Shown here: one piece after another, positions 1-7,832 of the stretch
Position numbering within the stretch: position 1 is the stretch's first letter
How the letters are laid out: every line of letters begins with the position of its first letter
Origin: a bacterium
GTDB taxonomy: Bacteria; Patescibacteriota; Minisyncoccia; Minisyncoccales; JAZDGI01
NCBI GenBank assembly: GCA_043807085.1
Contig: JAZDGI010000005.1
Coordinates: forward strand, 5,816 to 69,815
Reading direction: 5' to 3'
Length of the DNA: 64,000 nt
Notes under the pieces: generated by a model
Database searches by the model: none
Seen by the model: the letters and a program-made list of their open reading frames with translations, nothing else
Told to the model about the DNA's origin: nothing
Position numbers and translations under genes: made by a program

Positions 1-266
1 TCGGGGAGGGCGATAAAAACGACATCGCTCGGCGTTCTAAGATTAATAATGACTGCTCTCGCTATCTCGCTTAGTCTTCTTTTTATCTTGTTGCGCGCAA
101 CGGCTTTTTGGGAAACCTTCAGGGAAACCGAGAAGGCAACCCTCGTCCAACTTAAATCATTCGGCAAAGCCTTTAAGATTAAAAAACCAGCGTTAAAAGC
201 CTTTCCCTTCTTAAAAACCCGGTCAATATCCGCTCTCTTTTTCAGCCTGCACTTAAGGGGCAACAT
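1..266 (-). CDS. rnpA: Ribonuclease P protein component, N-terminal part (gene runs off the window start)
   Basis: Not in the ORF track because it is cut by the window edge. Reverse translation from ATG at 266 gives MLPLKCRLKKRADIDRVFKKGKAFNAGFLILKALPNDLSWTRVAFSVSLKVSQKAVARNKIKRRLSEIARAV. This fits the RnpA pattern (..FSVSKK..AV.RN.IKRRLRE..). It lies directly downstream of rpmH, the classical arrangement. Confidence 0.8.
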   Translation of the reverse strand, partial: MLPLKCRLKKRADIDRVFKKGKAFNAGFLILKALPNDLSWTRVAFSVSLKVSQKAVARNKIKRRLSEIARAVIINLRTPSDVVFIALP

Positions 267-286
267 TTGATTTATATATTAAGAGA

Positions 287-421
287 TCAAACGGTTAATC
301 TGCGGCGCTTCTTTTTCCGCCGGTTAGCGACGACCCTTCTCCCTCCGCCGCTCTTTTGTCTTTTTAAAAATCCATGAGATCTCTTTCTTTTTTTCTTTTT
401 AGGCTGGTAAGTAAAACTCAT
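287..421 (-). CDS. rpmH: 50S ribosomal protein L34
   Basis: 44-aa ORF below the ORF-track cutoff: MSFTYQPKKKKRKRSHGFLKRQKSGGGRRVVANRRKKKRRRLTV. This is the L34 signature (TYQP..rKR...HGF..R). It ends in TGA and sits upstream of rnpA, divergent from dnaA. Confidence 0.93.
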   Translation of the reverse strand: MSFTYQPKKKKRKRSHGFLKRQKSGGGRRVVANRRKKKRRRLTV

Positions 422-521
422 AATAATTAATAATCGCAAAAAAATAAGGCCGTGTCAATGTTTTTGTCGTCCGCACAGGTTCTCCACAGGATATCAACAA
501 AAAGTTTTATTTTATATCAAA

Positions 522-549
522 TTTACATTTATCCCTTGATGAGTATAAT
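522..549 (+). promoter_or_regulatory. Sigma70-type promoter of dnaA (TTTACA-16 nt-TATAAT); predicted leaderless transcript
   Basis: TTTACA at 522..527, a 16-nt spacer, then TATAAT at 544..549. The dnaA ATG starts at 556, 6 nt after the -10 element, and there is no Shine-Dalgarno. Confidence 0.55.
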
Positions 550-555
550 TAAAAC

Positions 556-1905
556 ATGACCAACGAAGAGCTTTGGCAAGCGGTTCTAGCCCAAATCCAG
601 CTGACTATTTCTTCAGCCAATTTCACCACTTGGTTTAAAAACACGGGCATTGTTTCAATTGGCCAGGGAGAGGCGGCAATCTCCGTGCCAAACTCGTTTG
701 CCAAGGAATGGCTTGAACAAAAATACAAAAAGCAGATTTTAAAAATTATTCACAGCCTAAACGAAGAGGTTAAAGACGTTAGGTATTTGATTGAAAAAAC
801 GGAATCAAAAACCATCAGAAGGCCGGCGGTTTCTTTCCCGGAACCCGGACAGCTTGACTTCCAGGAATTCAAAACCGACAAAGAAACCAATCTTAACCCT
901 CGTTATACTTTTGACAATTTCATCGTCGGCTCGTTTAACGAACTGCCTCACGCCGCGGCCTGGGCCACGTCAAAAAATCCGGGCGCGGTTTACAATCCTC
1001 TTTTTATCTACGGAGGAGTGGGGCTTGGGAAGACCCATCTTCTTCAGGCCCTGGGCAACGAAATCGTTAAAAATTTTCCACAAAAAAAAGTAAAGTACGT
1101 TGCTTCGGAAAAGTTTACTTCTGGCGTAATAACTTCTATAAAAAATCGGGAGATTGAAGCCTTTAAGGCAAAATACCGGCTCATTGACGTTTTGATTATT
1201 GACGATATCCAGTTCTTGGCCGGGAAAGAAAAGACCCAGGAAGAATTCTTCCACATTTTCAACGGCCTTTACGAAAAGAGCAAGCAGATTATCCTTTCCT
1301 CTGACAGGCCGCCAAAGGCTATTCAGGCCCTGACAGAAAGATTGCGATCCAGGTTTGAGGGAGGCATGATCGCTGACATCAGCTCGCCCGACTATGAAAC
1401 AAGAGTGGCGATTCTTAAGGGCAAATGCCAAGAAAAAAACATTAATTTCCCAGAAGAGGTTTTAGGCTTTATTGCCAATAATATTCAGAGAAACGTCAGA
1501 GAGTTGGAGGGAGCTCTAAACCGCTTGGTCGCCCACCAAAAACTCCAAAACCAAACGCTGGACATTGAAGCAGCCAAAGCCCTGTTAAAGAGCTTCCTTC
1601 TCTCGCCAAGCAGGATAATCAGCGTAAAAAAAATAATCCAGTCGGTCGCAGAGCTTTACGATCTTAAAGAAAAAGATCTTTTACTGACCTCAAGGAAAAA
1701 AGAAATTGTCAGGCCCAGACAAATAGCAATGTATCTGATGAGAGAAGAAACTAAAAGCTCTTTCCCTTTTATCGGCCGCAGGTTTGCCGGGAAAGACCAC
1801 ACGACAGCCATTCACGCCTTTCAAAAAATCGCCAGAGAGCTGGAAAGCGACCAGGAGCTAGCCGAAGAAATTTCACTGATTAAAGAGAGGATATATAACG
1901 GCTGA
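556..1905 (+). CDS. dnaA: Chromosomal replication initiator protein DnaA
   Basis: 449 aa. AAA+ Walker A (GGVGLGKTHLL), Walker B (LIIDDIQF), sensor motifs and the C-terminal DNA-binding domain (RQIAMYLMRE...FAGKDHTTAIHA). Confidence 0.98.
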   Translation: MTNEELWQAVLAQIQLTISSANFTTWFKNTGIVSIGQGEAAISVPNSFAKEWLEQKYKKQILKIIHSLNEEVKDVRYLIEKTESKTIRRPAVSFPEPGQLDFQEFKTDKETNLNPRYTFDNFIVGSFNELPHAAAWATSKNPGAVYNPLFIYGGVGLGKTHLLQALGNEIVKNFPQKKVKYVASEKFTSGVITSIKNREIEAFKAKYRLIDVLIIDDIQFLAGKEKTQEEFFHIFNGLYEKSKQIILSSDRPPKAIQALTERLRSRFEGGMIADISSPDYETRVAILKGKCQEKNINFPEEVLGFIANNIQRNVRELEGALNRLVAHQKLQNQTLDIEAAKALLKSFLLSPSRIISVKKIIQSVAELYDLKEKDLLLTSRKKEIVRPRQIAMYLMREETKSSFPFIGRRFAGKDHTTAIHAFQKIARELESDQELAEEISLIKERIYNG

Positions 1906-1919
1906 CGGTGTTAATTATT

Positions 1920-2085
1920 TGTGGAAAACTTCGTTCTTTTTTTCCAGCCCGTTCTAACGCCAATTCTTCCCCAGCTTTTCCACGTAGATATCAAGGCCAT
2001 TTTTAAAGCGCCGATAGACGGCGGAAAAAACTTATCCACAGCGCCAACAACAACAATAAACGTTTAAAATATTATTATTAAAAAA
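1920..2085. promoter_or_regulatory. oriC-like DnaA-box cluster plus an A/T-only tract in the dnaA-dnaN spacer
   Basis: Perfect TTATCCACA at 2032..2040. TGTGGAAAA at 1920..1928 (TTTTCCACA on the other strand). TTTTCCACG at 1976..1984. A/T-only run at 2063..2085. Confidence 0.6.
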
Positions 2086-2096
2086 CCTAAAAGATT

Positions 2097-3260
2097 ATGA
2101 AAATTATTATTCTGCAGGAAAAATTAAAACAAGGACTTAATCTCGTAGAGAGAATGGCGTCAAAACTTACAACTCTGCCGATTTTAAATAACATTTTGCT
2201 GAAAACAGAAAAAAACTTTCTTAATATTGCGGCCACCGATCTTGAGGTTGGCATAAACTGGTGGGTCTTAGCTAAAACCGAGGAAGAAGGCTCTTTGGTT
2301 TTACCATCGCAAACAATATCCAGCCTGATTAATTTTTTACCTAACAAGCCCTTAAGTATTAACTCAAAAGGGCTGATCGCCAACTTGGAATGCGAGAATT
2401 ATAAGTCAACCGTGAAAAGCCTTGACCCAAACGAATTTCCCGCTATACCCGTTCTTTCTGACGGCGAGAGCTTGGAGCTTCCGGCCGGCCTCCTGTGTGA
2501 AGGACTTAGCCGCGTGGCCGGCATTGCCGCCCCCTCAACAACTAGGCCGGAAATCTCCGGAGTGTATTTTATTTTTCAAAAAGGCATGGTTAAAATGGTG
2601 GCTACCGACAGCTTTAGGCTGGGAGAAAAAACTATTATTAATAAAAAAGACGGAGAAGTAGGCAAGGATCGCTCTTTCATTTTGCCCCAAAAGGCGGCTC
2701 GCGAAGTTATTAATATCTTTGGCCAGAGAGAAGGGGATGTGAAAATTTATTTTTCGCCAAATCAGGTAATGTTTGAGGCCTCAATGGCCGAAACCAAGCA
2801 TCCGCAAGTCCAGCTTGTTTCTCGTTTGATTGAGGGAGAGTTCCCTGACTATCAAGAGATAATTCCCCAGACATACACGAGCAGGGTAGCTGTTTTAAAA
2901 AAGGAGCTTTTAAATCAGGTTAAGGCTGCCGGCTTGTTCAGCGGCCGGACCAACGAGATAAAGTTAAAAATAAATCCAAAAACAAAAGGCGAGGGTGAGG
3001 TTGAAATTATGAGCCAAAGCCAAGATCTCGGAGAGTACCGCGGCCTGATTCGGTCCGAAGTAAAAGGCAAGGGGCTAGAGATTTCTTTTAATCATCGCTT
3101 TCTGCTGGAAGGGTTGTCCAGCCAGTCTTCCGATCAGGCGAAAGACGGAAAAAACGAAGAAATTATTTTTGAATTAACCGGCGAGGATGGGCCAGCTATT
3201 TTAAAGACGGACCAGGAACCGGGCTTTGTTTATGTTTTAATGCCGATTAAAAAAGGCTAA
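2097..3260 (+). CDS. dnaN: DNA polymerase III beta sliding clamp
   Basis: 387 aa. Typical N-terminus (MKIIILQEKLKQGLNLVERMAS...PILNNILLKTE), three-domain length, directly downstream of dnaA. Confidence 0.95.
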   Translation: MKIIILQEKLKQGLNLVERMASKLTTLPILNNILLKTEKNFLNIAATDLEVGINWWVLAKTEEEGSLVLPSQTISSLINFLPNKPLSINSKGLIANLECENYKSTVKSLDPNEFPAIPVLSDGESLELPAGLLCEGLSRVAGIAAPSTTRPEISGVYFIFQKGMVKMVATDSFRLGEKTIINKKDGEVGKDRSFILPQKAAREVINIFGQREGDVKIYFSPNQVMFEASMAETKHPQVQLVSRLIEGEFPDYQEIIPQTYTSRVAVLKKELLNQVKAAGLFSGRTNEIKLKINPKTKGEGEVEIMSQSQDLGEYRGLIRSEVKGKGLEISFNHRFLLEGLSSQSSDQAKDGKNEEIIFELTGEDGPAILKTDQEPGFVYVLMPIKKG

Positions 3261-3268
3261 CTTATTAG

Positions 3269-4261
3269 ATGCGGCAGTTAAGGTTTTTATTTTTATTTCT
3301 CGCCGCCGCCATTTTAATGGCGGCCTTTGATTTTGTTTTTGTCTTATTCTCTTTGCCGCAAGTCGCAGATGTTTTACCCTTAGACGGAGAGCGGAACGTT
3401 TCAGAGAGAGCTGTGATTACCATACGTTTTAACAAGCCGGTTTCCAGGCAAGAGCTGAAGCATTTAATTTTTCCCGAAACTTACGGCGAGTGGAAATTTA
3501 CAGACCCTTTGATTAAAAATCATTTATTCAAAACATTAACTTTCATTCCGGCAGAAAAATTCAGTCCGGGAACGCAGTTTTTTGTAAGATTAGAAAATAT
3601 CAGAGGGTTCGGACTTGGCGCGGAAAACTTTTTTGCTTTTTCTTTTAGGACTGCGCCGGACAAAGAGGCTCTGGCAAAGAGGGTCACCTTGCTTGAAACC
3701 CCCTTGGATTGGCAAGATCATAAGCTGTCTTGCGAGGCGGCCTCTTTAAAAATGGCGCTTTGCGGGAAAGGGATAAGGGTTTCCGAGGAAGAAATAATGG
3801 CAGAAATAGGCGTTGACACGACCTCCAGGCAGGGAAAGGTCTGGGGGGACCCTTATGAAAAATTTGTCGGGGAGATTGATGGCAGAATTTGTCAAACAGG
3901 CTATGGGGCTTATTGGCCGGCAGTAGCCCGGGCGGCTCTTAAGTGGAGGGAAAGCGAAAGTTTCACGAATTGGAATTTGGAAAATTTAATTAACGAGATT
4001 GAGCAGAAAAATCCAGTTGTCGTTTGGGGGGTACTCCCTGATAAGCCATTGACTGATTGTTCTTGGTATACGAGAGAGGGAAAATATGTAAAAGCTTTTA
4101 GAGAGGCGCACGTCAGATTGCTGATAGGGTTTGTCGGGCCGGCAGATTCCCCTTCTCAAATTATTTTGAACGATCCTTTGGCTGGCCAGCTTTACTGGTC
4201 AACCGCTGACTTTCTTAAGAATTGGAGCGCGTTTAATAACAGCGGAGTGGCGGTCAGGTAG
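3269..4261 (+). CDS. Membrane-anchored protein with an Ig-like domain and a C39-like (YvpB-type) cysteine peptidase domain
   Basis: 330 aa. N-terminal TM helix and a Big_5/SbsA-like segment (RAVITIRFNKPV). The C-terminal half has a candidate Cys nucleophile (KLSCEAASLKMAL) and His (REAHVRLLIGF), as in peptidase_C39_2 proteins. Confidence 0.6.
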   Translation: MRQLRFLFLFLAAAILMAAFDFVFVLFSLPQVADVLPLDGERNVSERAVITIRFNKPVSRQELKHLIFPETYGEWKFTDPLIKNHLFKTLTFIPAEKFSPGTQFFVRLENIRGFGLGAENFFAFSFRTAPDKEALAKRVTLLETPLDWQDHKLSCEAASLKMALCGKGIRVSEEEIMAEIGVDTTSRQGKVWGDPYEKFVGEIDGRICQTGYGAYWPAVARAALKWRESESFTNWNLENLINEIEQKNPVVVWGVLPDKPLTDCSWYTREGKYVKAFREAHVRLLIGFVGPADSPSQIILNDPLAGQLYWSTADFLKNWSAFNNSGVAVR

Positions 4262-6173
4262 AAGAGAGCAGGGGGATCGCTTTTTCCAGGAATTGATGCC
4301 AAATAGGCGCCGCAAGCATGGCGCCTGGCTTGCCGGGCGAGATATTGTTGCTGTTTCCCGCCCAGACACCGACAACGATTGACGGGGTATAGCCAATAGT
4401 CCAAGCGTCGCGGTAGTCCTGGGAGGTTCCGGTTTTAACGGCAACCTTATAATTATCAAAATAAAGGGCGGACCTCGGGCCAAAAAGCGGAGTGCGGGCT
4501 TCATTATCCGCCAAAATATCAGTGATTAAATCAGCCACGCTGCTTTCTATGACTCTTTTTGGGTCTTTTTTGTTTTCAAAAACGATATTGCCTTTTCCGT
4601 CTTCAATTTTTAAAATCGCTGTTGGCGCTAGTTTTACTCCGCTGTTGGCGAAAACGCCGTAAGCCGAAGCCATCTCCAGCAGCTTTACTTCCCAGCCCCC
4701 AAGAACGATTGATGGCCCAAAGGGAGGCTTTAAAGTCGTGATGCCGAGGGATTGGGCTGTTTTTATGCTGTTTTCCAGACCGGCCAACTCCAGAAGAACC
4801 TTTACCGAAGGAACGTTCAGCGACTGGGCCAGGGCTTCTCTTAGCGTAACCGGACCGCGGAACTTCCCGTCGTAGTTTTGGGGCGTATATTCTTTTTCTC
4901 CCCAGACGCCAAAATTAGTCGGTTCGTCTACAGCGACATATTTGTCGTCGTATCCGTTTTCAAAGGCCGTGGCGTAAACAAACGGCTTAAAAGAGGAGCC
5001 TGGTTGCCGGCCAGGATTTTCTTTTGTGCCGACGACAACATTAAATTTTGGGTCGAATAAACAGGTTTTGCCAGAAACGCAATCTTTCGGATAGGGCTCG
5101 GCGTTGTAATCTCCGGTTCCGACGGTTAGAGCCAGCACCTCGCCGGTTTTTGGGCTGATGGCCACTAGTCCGGCATTGTGGACGTTGGCTGGCTTGTTTT
5201 TTTCAACCCCTTCTCTGGTGGCTTTTTCAGCTGCCTCCTGCAGTCGCCAGTCAAGAGTCGTGTAAACTTTTAACCCGCCAGACATTAAAAAATCTTCGTC
5301 GTATTTTTCTTCCAGCTGCTGCTTGACCCACAGGGTGAAATAAGGAGCTTTTAGCTGGGCCTGTTTTTCTTTGAAGTTTATTTCCCGCTGTTTTGCCGCG
5401 CCAGCTTCTTCTTCTGAAACAAACCCGACCTTAGCCATTCTATTTAAGACATAATCTTTTCTCGCCAAAAGACTTGCTTTGTTTTCGCCGTAAGGAGAGA
5501 GATAGGACGGCCCCTGGATTAGAGCCGCCAGGGTCGCGGCCTCCTCAAGAGAAAGATCAGAAGAAGACTTTTCAAAATAAGTTTGGCTGGCCGCTTCAAC
5601 GCCGTAAGCGTTTTGGCCGAAAGGAATTTGATTGAGATACCATTCTAAAATCTGATCTTTTGAGTAGCGGCGATCCACCTCAATGGCCAAGACAATTTCC
5701 CTGATTTTTCTTTCAGCGGTTTTTTTGTTGGATAGAAAAGTGGATCTTATCAGCTGCTGGGGAATGGTTGATCCTCCGTAGGTAGGCTTGCCGATTTTTA
5801 AATCAGCCAAAATGGCTCTGGCGATTCCTTTTGGGTCAATGCCCCAATGGCTGTAAAAACTAGAGTCTTCCGCGGCGATGACCGCGTTTTTTAAAATATC
5901 CGGAATTGAGGACAAAGGCGTCCACGTCCTTTTTTCTTCGCCGTAGACTTCATACAAAAGAACCTGGCCTGTGCGGTCGTAGATTTTGGTTGATTGAGGG
6001 ATCTGTCTCTCGGTGAAAACTTCCGGTCTGGGGAAGTCTTTAGTGTAATAGAAAAACAAAAACAGGCTTCCGAACAAAAAAATCGCCGAGCCCCCGGCTA
6101 AAATCTTTAGAGCCAGAAACCATTTCCCGGAGCTTTTTAGGATATTTTTTCGCCTGAAGACGCGTCTGGGCAT
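4254..6173 (-). CDS. Class A penicillin-binding protein (glycosyltransferase + transpeptidase)
   Basis: 639 aa. N-terminal TM anchor, GT51 motifs (EDSSFYSHWGIDP, GGSTIPQQL), transpeptidase SxxK (SSFKP) and KTG (VKTGTS). Confidence 0.92.
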   Translation of the reverse strand: MPRRVFRRKNILKSSGKWFLALKILAGGSAIFLFGSLFLFFYYTKDFPRPEVFTERQIPQSTKIYDRTGQVLLYEVYGEEKRTWTPLSSIPDILKNAVIAAEDSSFYSHWGIDPKGIARAILADLKIGKPTYGGSTIPQQLIRSTFLSNKKTAERKIREIVLAIEVDRRYSKDQILEWYLNQIPFGQNAYGVEAASQTYFEKSSSDLSLEEAATLAALIQGPSYLSPYGENKASLLARKDYVLNRMAKVGFVSEEEAGAAKQREINFKEKQAQLKAPYFTLWVKQQLEEKYDEDFLMSGGLKVYTTLDWRLQEAAEKATREGVEKNKPANVHNAGLVAISPKTGEVLALTVGTGDYNAEPYPKDCVSGKTCLFDPKFNVVVGTKENPGRQPGSSFKPFVYATAFENGYDDKYVAVDEPTNFGVWGEKEYTPQNYDGKFRGPVTLREALAQSLNVPSVKVLLELAGLENSIKTAQSLGITTLKPPFGPSIVLGGWEVKLLEMASAYGVFANSGVKLAPTAILKIEDGKGNIVFENKKDPKRVIESSVADLITDILADNEARTPLFGPRSALYFDNYKVAVKTGTSQDYRDAWTIGYTPSIVVGVWAGNSNNISPGKPGAMLAAPIWHQFLEKAIPLLSST

Positions 6174-6203
6174 AGTAATTATTTTAGCAAAAAAAGACCC
6201 CTC

Positions 6204-6231
6204 TTGACAAGGGTTCTAGGTTTGCTAAAAT
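6204..6231 (+). promoter_or_regulatory. Near-consensus sigma70 promoter (TTGACA-16 nt-TAAAAT) firing into a 450-nt non-coding region
   Basis: TTGACA at 6204..6209 and TAAAAT at 6226..6231. The promoter is embedded in an 11-bp inverted repeat: ATTTTAGCAAA at 6181..6191 and TTTGCTAAAAT at 6221..6231. Confidence 0.6.
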
Positions 6232-6243
6232 AAAAATATAAAT

Positions 6244-6324
6244 ATGAATAAGATAGCTAGTCAAAAATTCTGTTTTTATTGCTGGTGCCATAACTCCAGA
6301 AGCTGGCTGTTTTGTTTTGTGTAA
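6244..6324 (+). CDS. Candidate 26-aa Cys/aromatic-rich small ORF (leader peptide or small protein)
   Basis: The ATG lies 12 nt after the -10 element. Peptide: MNKIASQKFCFYCWCHNSRSWLFCFV. Its 3' end covers the first copy of a duplicated AGCTGGCTGTTTT(T)GTTT segment that can pair with CAGCCAG at 6341..6347. No homology is recognisable. Confidence 0.25.
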   Translation: MNKIASQKFCFYCWCHNSRSWLFCFV

Positions 6325-6340
6325 CCCTCGTCTTTAAGAG

Positions 6341-6372
6341 CAGCCAGTTTCTTTAAGGAGCTGGCTGTTTTT
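6341..6372 (+). terminator. Intrinsic-terminator-like hairpin (CAGCCAG / CTGGCTG + T-run)
   Basis: CAGCCAG at 6341..6347 pairs with CTGGCTG at 6361..6367, followed by TTTTTGTTT. The left arm can alternatively pair with CTGGCTG at 6304..6310. Confidence 0.45.
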
Positions 6373-6689
6373 GTTTGGCTTGAGGCGCGGCCGCGACTAG
6401 TATCGGCCGCTCTCCAGGCTGAAAATTTAAAAATCAGCCAGAGGGCCTGGGTTCTGGCGAAAAAAAAGAAAGGAGAAAAACATGCATCCTCGTTTTCACC
6501 CCGTATGTCCAATGTGGCCTTAAATAGATGAGGCCAAACCAGCGGGCGGAGAAGGGTCGTTCTTCTCCGTTCGCTGGGACTCGGCGAGAAGGAGTCGCCG
6601 TCAACAAAGGCCGAGGAGAGAGTAGAGATACTTTCTCCTTGGCCCCCTTTCATTCTTCTCGGTCTTAGTATGTTATATTTTGAAACAAT

Positions 6690-7820
6690 ATGGCCCTGTT
6701 TAAGTTTTTGTATGCCAACACAAGGAATAAAGACATGCTTTACGCGGCGGGGATGTTTCTTCCAGACCCGACCTTTTTGGTTGGCGTTAATTTCAAAAAT
6801 TATATTTTTTTAGACCAGAGGACCTTGAGACTGTTCAAAGAAAAAAACAGAAACCCCGGAATTAAGGCCGTTCTTTTAGACCCCCTCTTAGAGGAGGCTA
6901 AAAAGATAAAAGAAAAAACGACGTTAGCCGAGAAACTGGCCTTCTGCCTTTTTAAAAAATATAACCTTTTTGGAAGGCTGGTTGACGTTCCTTCGGATTT
7001 TCCCCTTTCTTTGGCCGATTTTCTTAGGGCGAAAGGAGCGATTCTCTCCCCTGAAAATCCCTTCTGGCCGAAGAGAGATCGAAAATCGCCAGAGGAGGTG
7101 GAGATAATGCGGCAAGGCGTCAAAAAAATCCAAAAAGTTTTCGCTCTTATCCGGAACATTCTTGCAGATGCCCGTATTGTCCGCGGCAAAATTGTTTATC
7201 AAAATAAGCTTCTCACTAGCGAATTCCTTAAAAAGAAAGCCGAACTTCTGTTGATAGAAGAAGGGATGAGGAGCGAAGAGGGAATTATTATCTCTTCTGG
7301 AGGGCAATCTGCTCTCCCTCATCATCCTGGTAGCGGACCGATAAGCCCTTGCGCCCCTGTTATTTGCGATATTTTTCCTCGGGATTCAGAAACAGGGTAT
7401 TTTGTTGATATGACCAGAGTCTTTTTGAAAGGAAAGCCATCGGCCAAGCTTCAAAAGATGTACGCTGCGGTAAAAAATGCCCAAGCAGAAGCAATAAAAA
7501 AAGTCAGGCCAGAGGTAAAAGCCTTTGAAATTTATGACGCATGCAATAACTTTTTTAAAAAATTGGGATATGCAACGCGAGGGGACAAGGGGTTTATCCA
7601 TGGGGCTGGCCACGGCGTCGGTCTGGACATTCACGAGCCGCCTTTTTTAGCTGGCTGGTCAGACTCGGTTCTCGTCCCGGGCAACGTGCTGACGATTGAA
7701 CCCGGCTTGTATTATCCCAAGATCGGCGGAATACGCATTGAGGATATGGTTTATGTGTCTAAAAAAGGATGCGAAGTTCTCTCTGCTTGCTCCGAGAAAG
7801 AAAGCTGGGTTATCTCCTAG
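6690..7820 (+). CDS. M24 family Xaa-Pro aminopeptidase/dipeptidase
   Basis: 376 aa. Metal-ligand motifs of the pita-bread fold (FVDMTR, HGAGHGVGLDIHEPP, EPGLY, GGIRIEDMV). Confidence 0.88.
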   Translation: MALFKFLYANTRNKDMLYAAGMFLPDPTFLVGVNFKNYIFLDQRTLRLFKEKNRNPGIKAVLLDPLLEEAKKIKEKTTLAEKLAFCLFKKYNLFGRLVDVPSDFPLSLADFLRAKGAILSPENPFWPKRDRKSPEEVEIMRQGVKKIQKVFALIRNILADARIVRGKIVYQNKLLTSEFLKKKAELLLIEEGMRSEEGIIISSGGQSALPHHPGSGPISPCAPVICDIFPRDSETGYFVDMTRVFLKGKPSAKLQKMYAAVKNAQAEAIKKVRPEVKAFEIYDACNNFFKKLGYATRGDKGFIHGAGHGVGLDIHEPPFLAGWSDSVLVPGNVLTIEPGLYYPKIGGIRIEDMVYVSKKGCEVLSACSEKESWVIS

Positions 7821-7832
7821 TTTGTCTTCGGC

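Noticed and set aside
49-270. 73-aa + strand ORF at the window start
   Set aside because: It is antisense to a clear rnpA reading frame (1..266, minus strand). Its sequence is hydrophobic and low-complexity, and it has no start context.
6385-6412. Two NotI sites and a SpeI site (GCGGCCGCGACTAGTATCGGCCGC), suggesting cloning-vector contamination
   Set aside because: The sequence does not match any polylinker or BioBrick scar I know. It forms a 7-bp hairpin like its neighbours, and the flanks are continuous native-looking sequence.
6276-6653. 125-aa minus-strand ORF, the only long ORF in the 6.2-6.7 kb gap
   Set aside because: It has no recognisable motif and a Ser/Arg-rich composition typical of reading through GC-rich hairpins. 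No convincing ribosome-binding site is present. It spans the promoter/terminator/hairpin elements, which explain the region better. It is kept only as an alternative under the 6181..6689 finding.
6237-6660. Possible RNase P RNA (right size, GC-rich, rnpA present in the genome)
   Set aside because: Neither strand has the universally conserved P4 elements (GAGGAAAGUCC... / ACAGAAcccGGCUUA) in a pairable arrangement. The partial look-alikes (GGAGAAAGUAU, CCAGAACCCAGG on the minus strand) are not complementary to each other.
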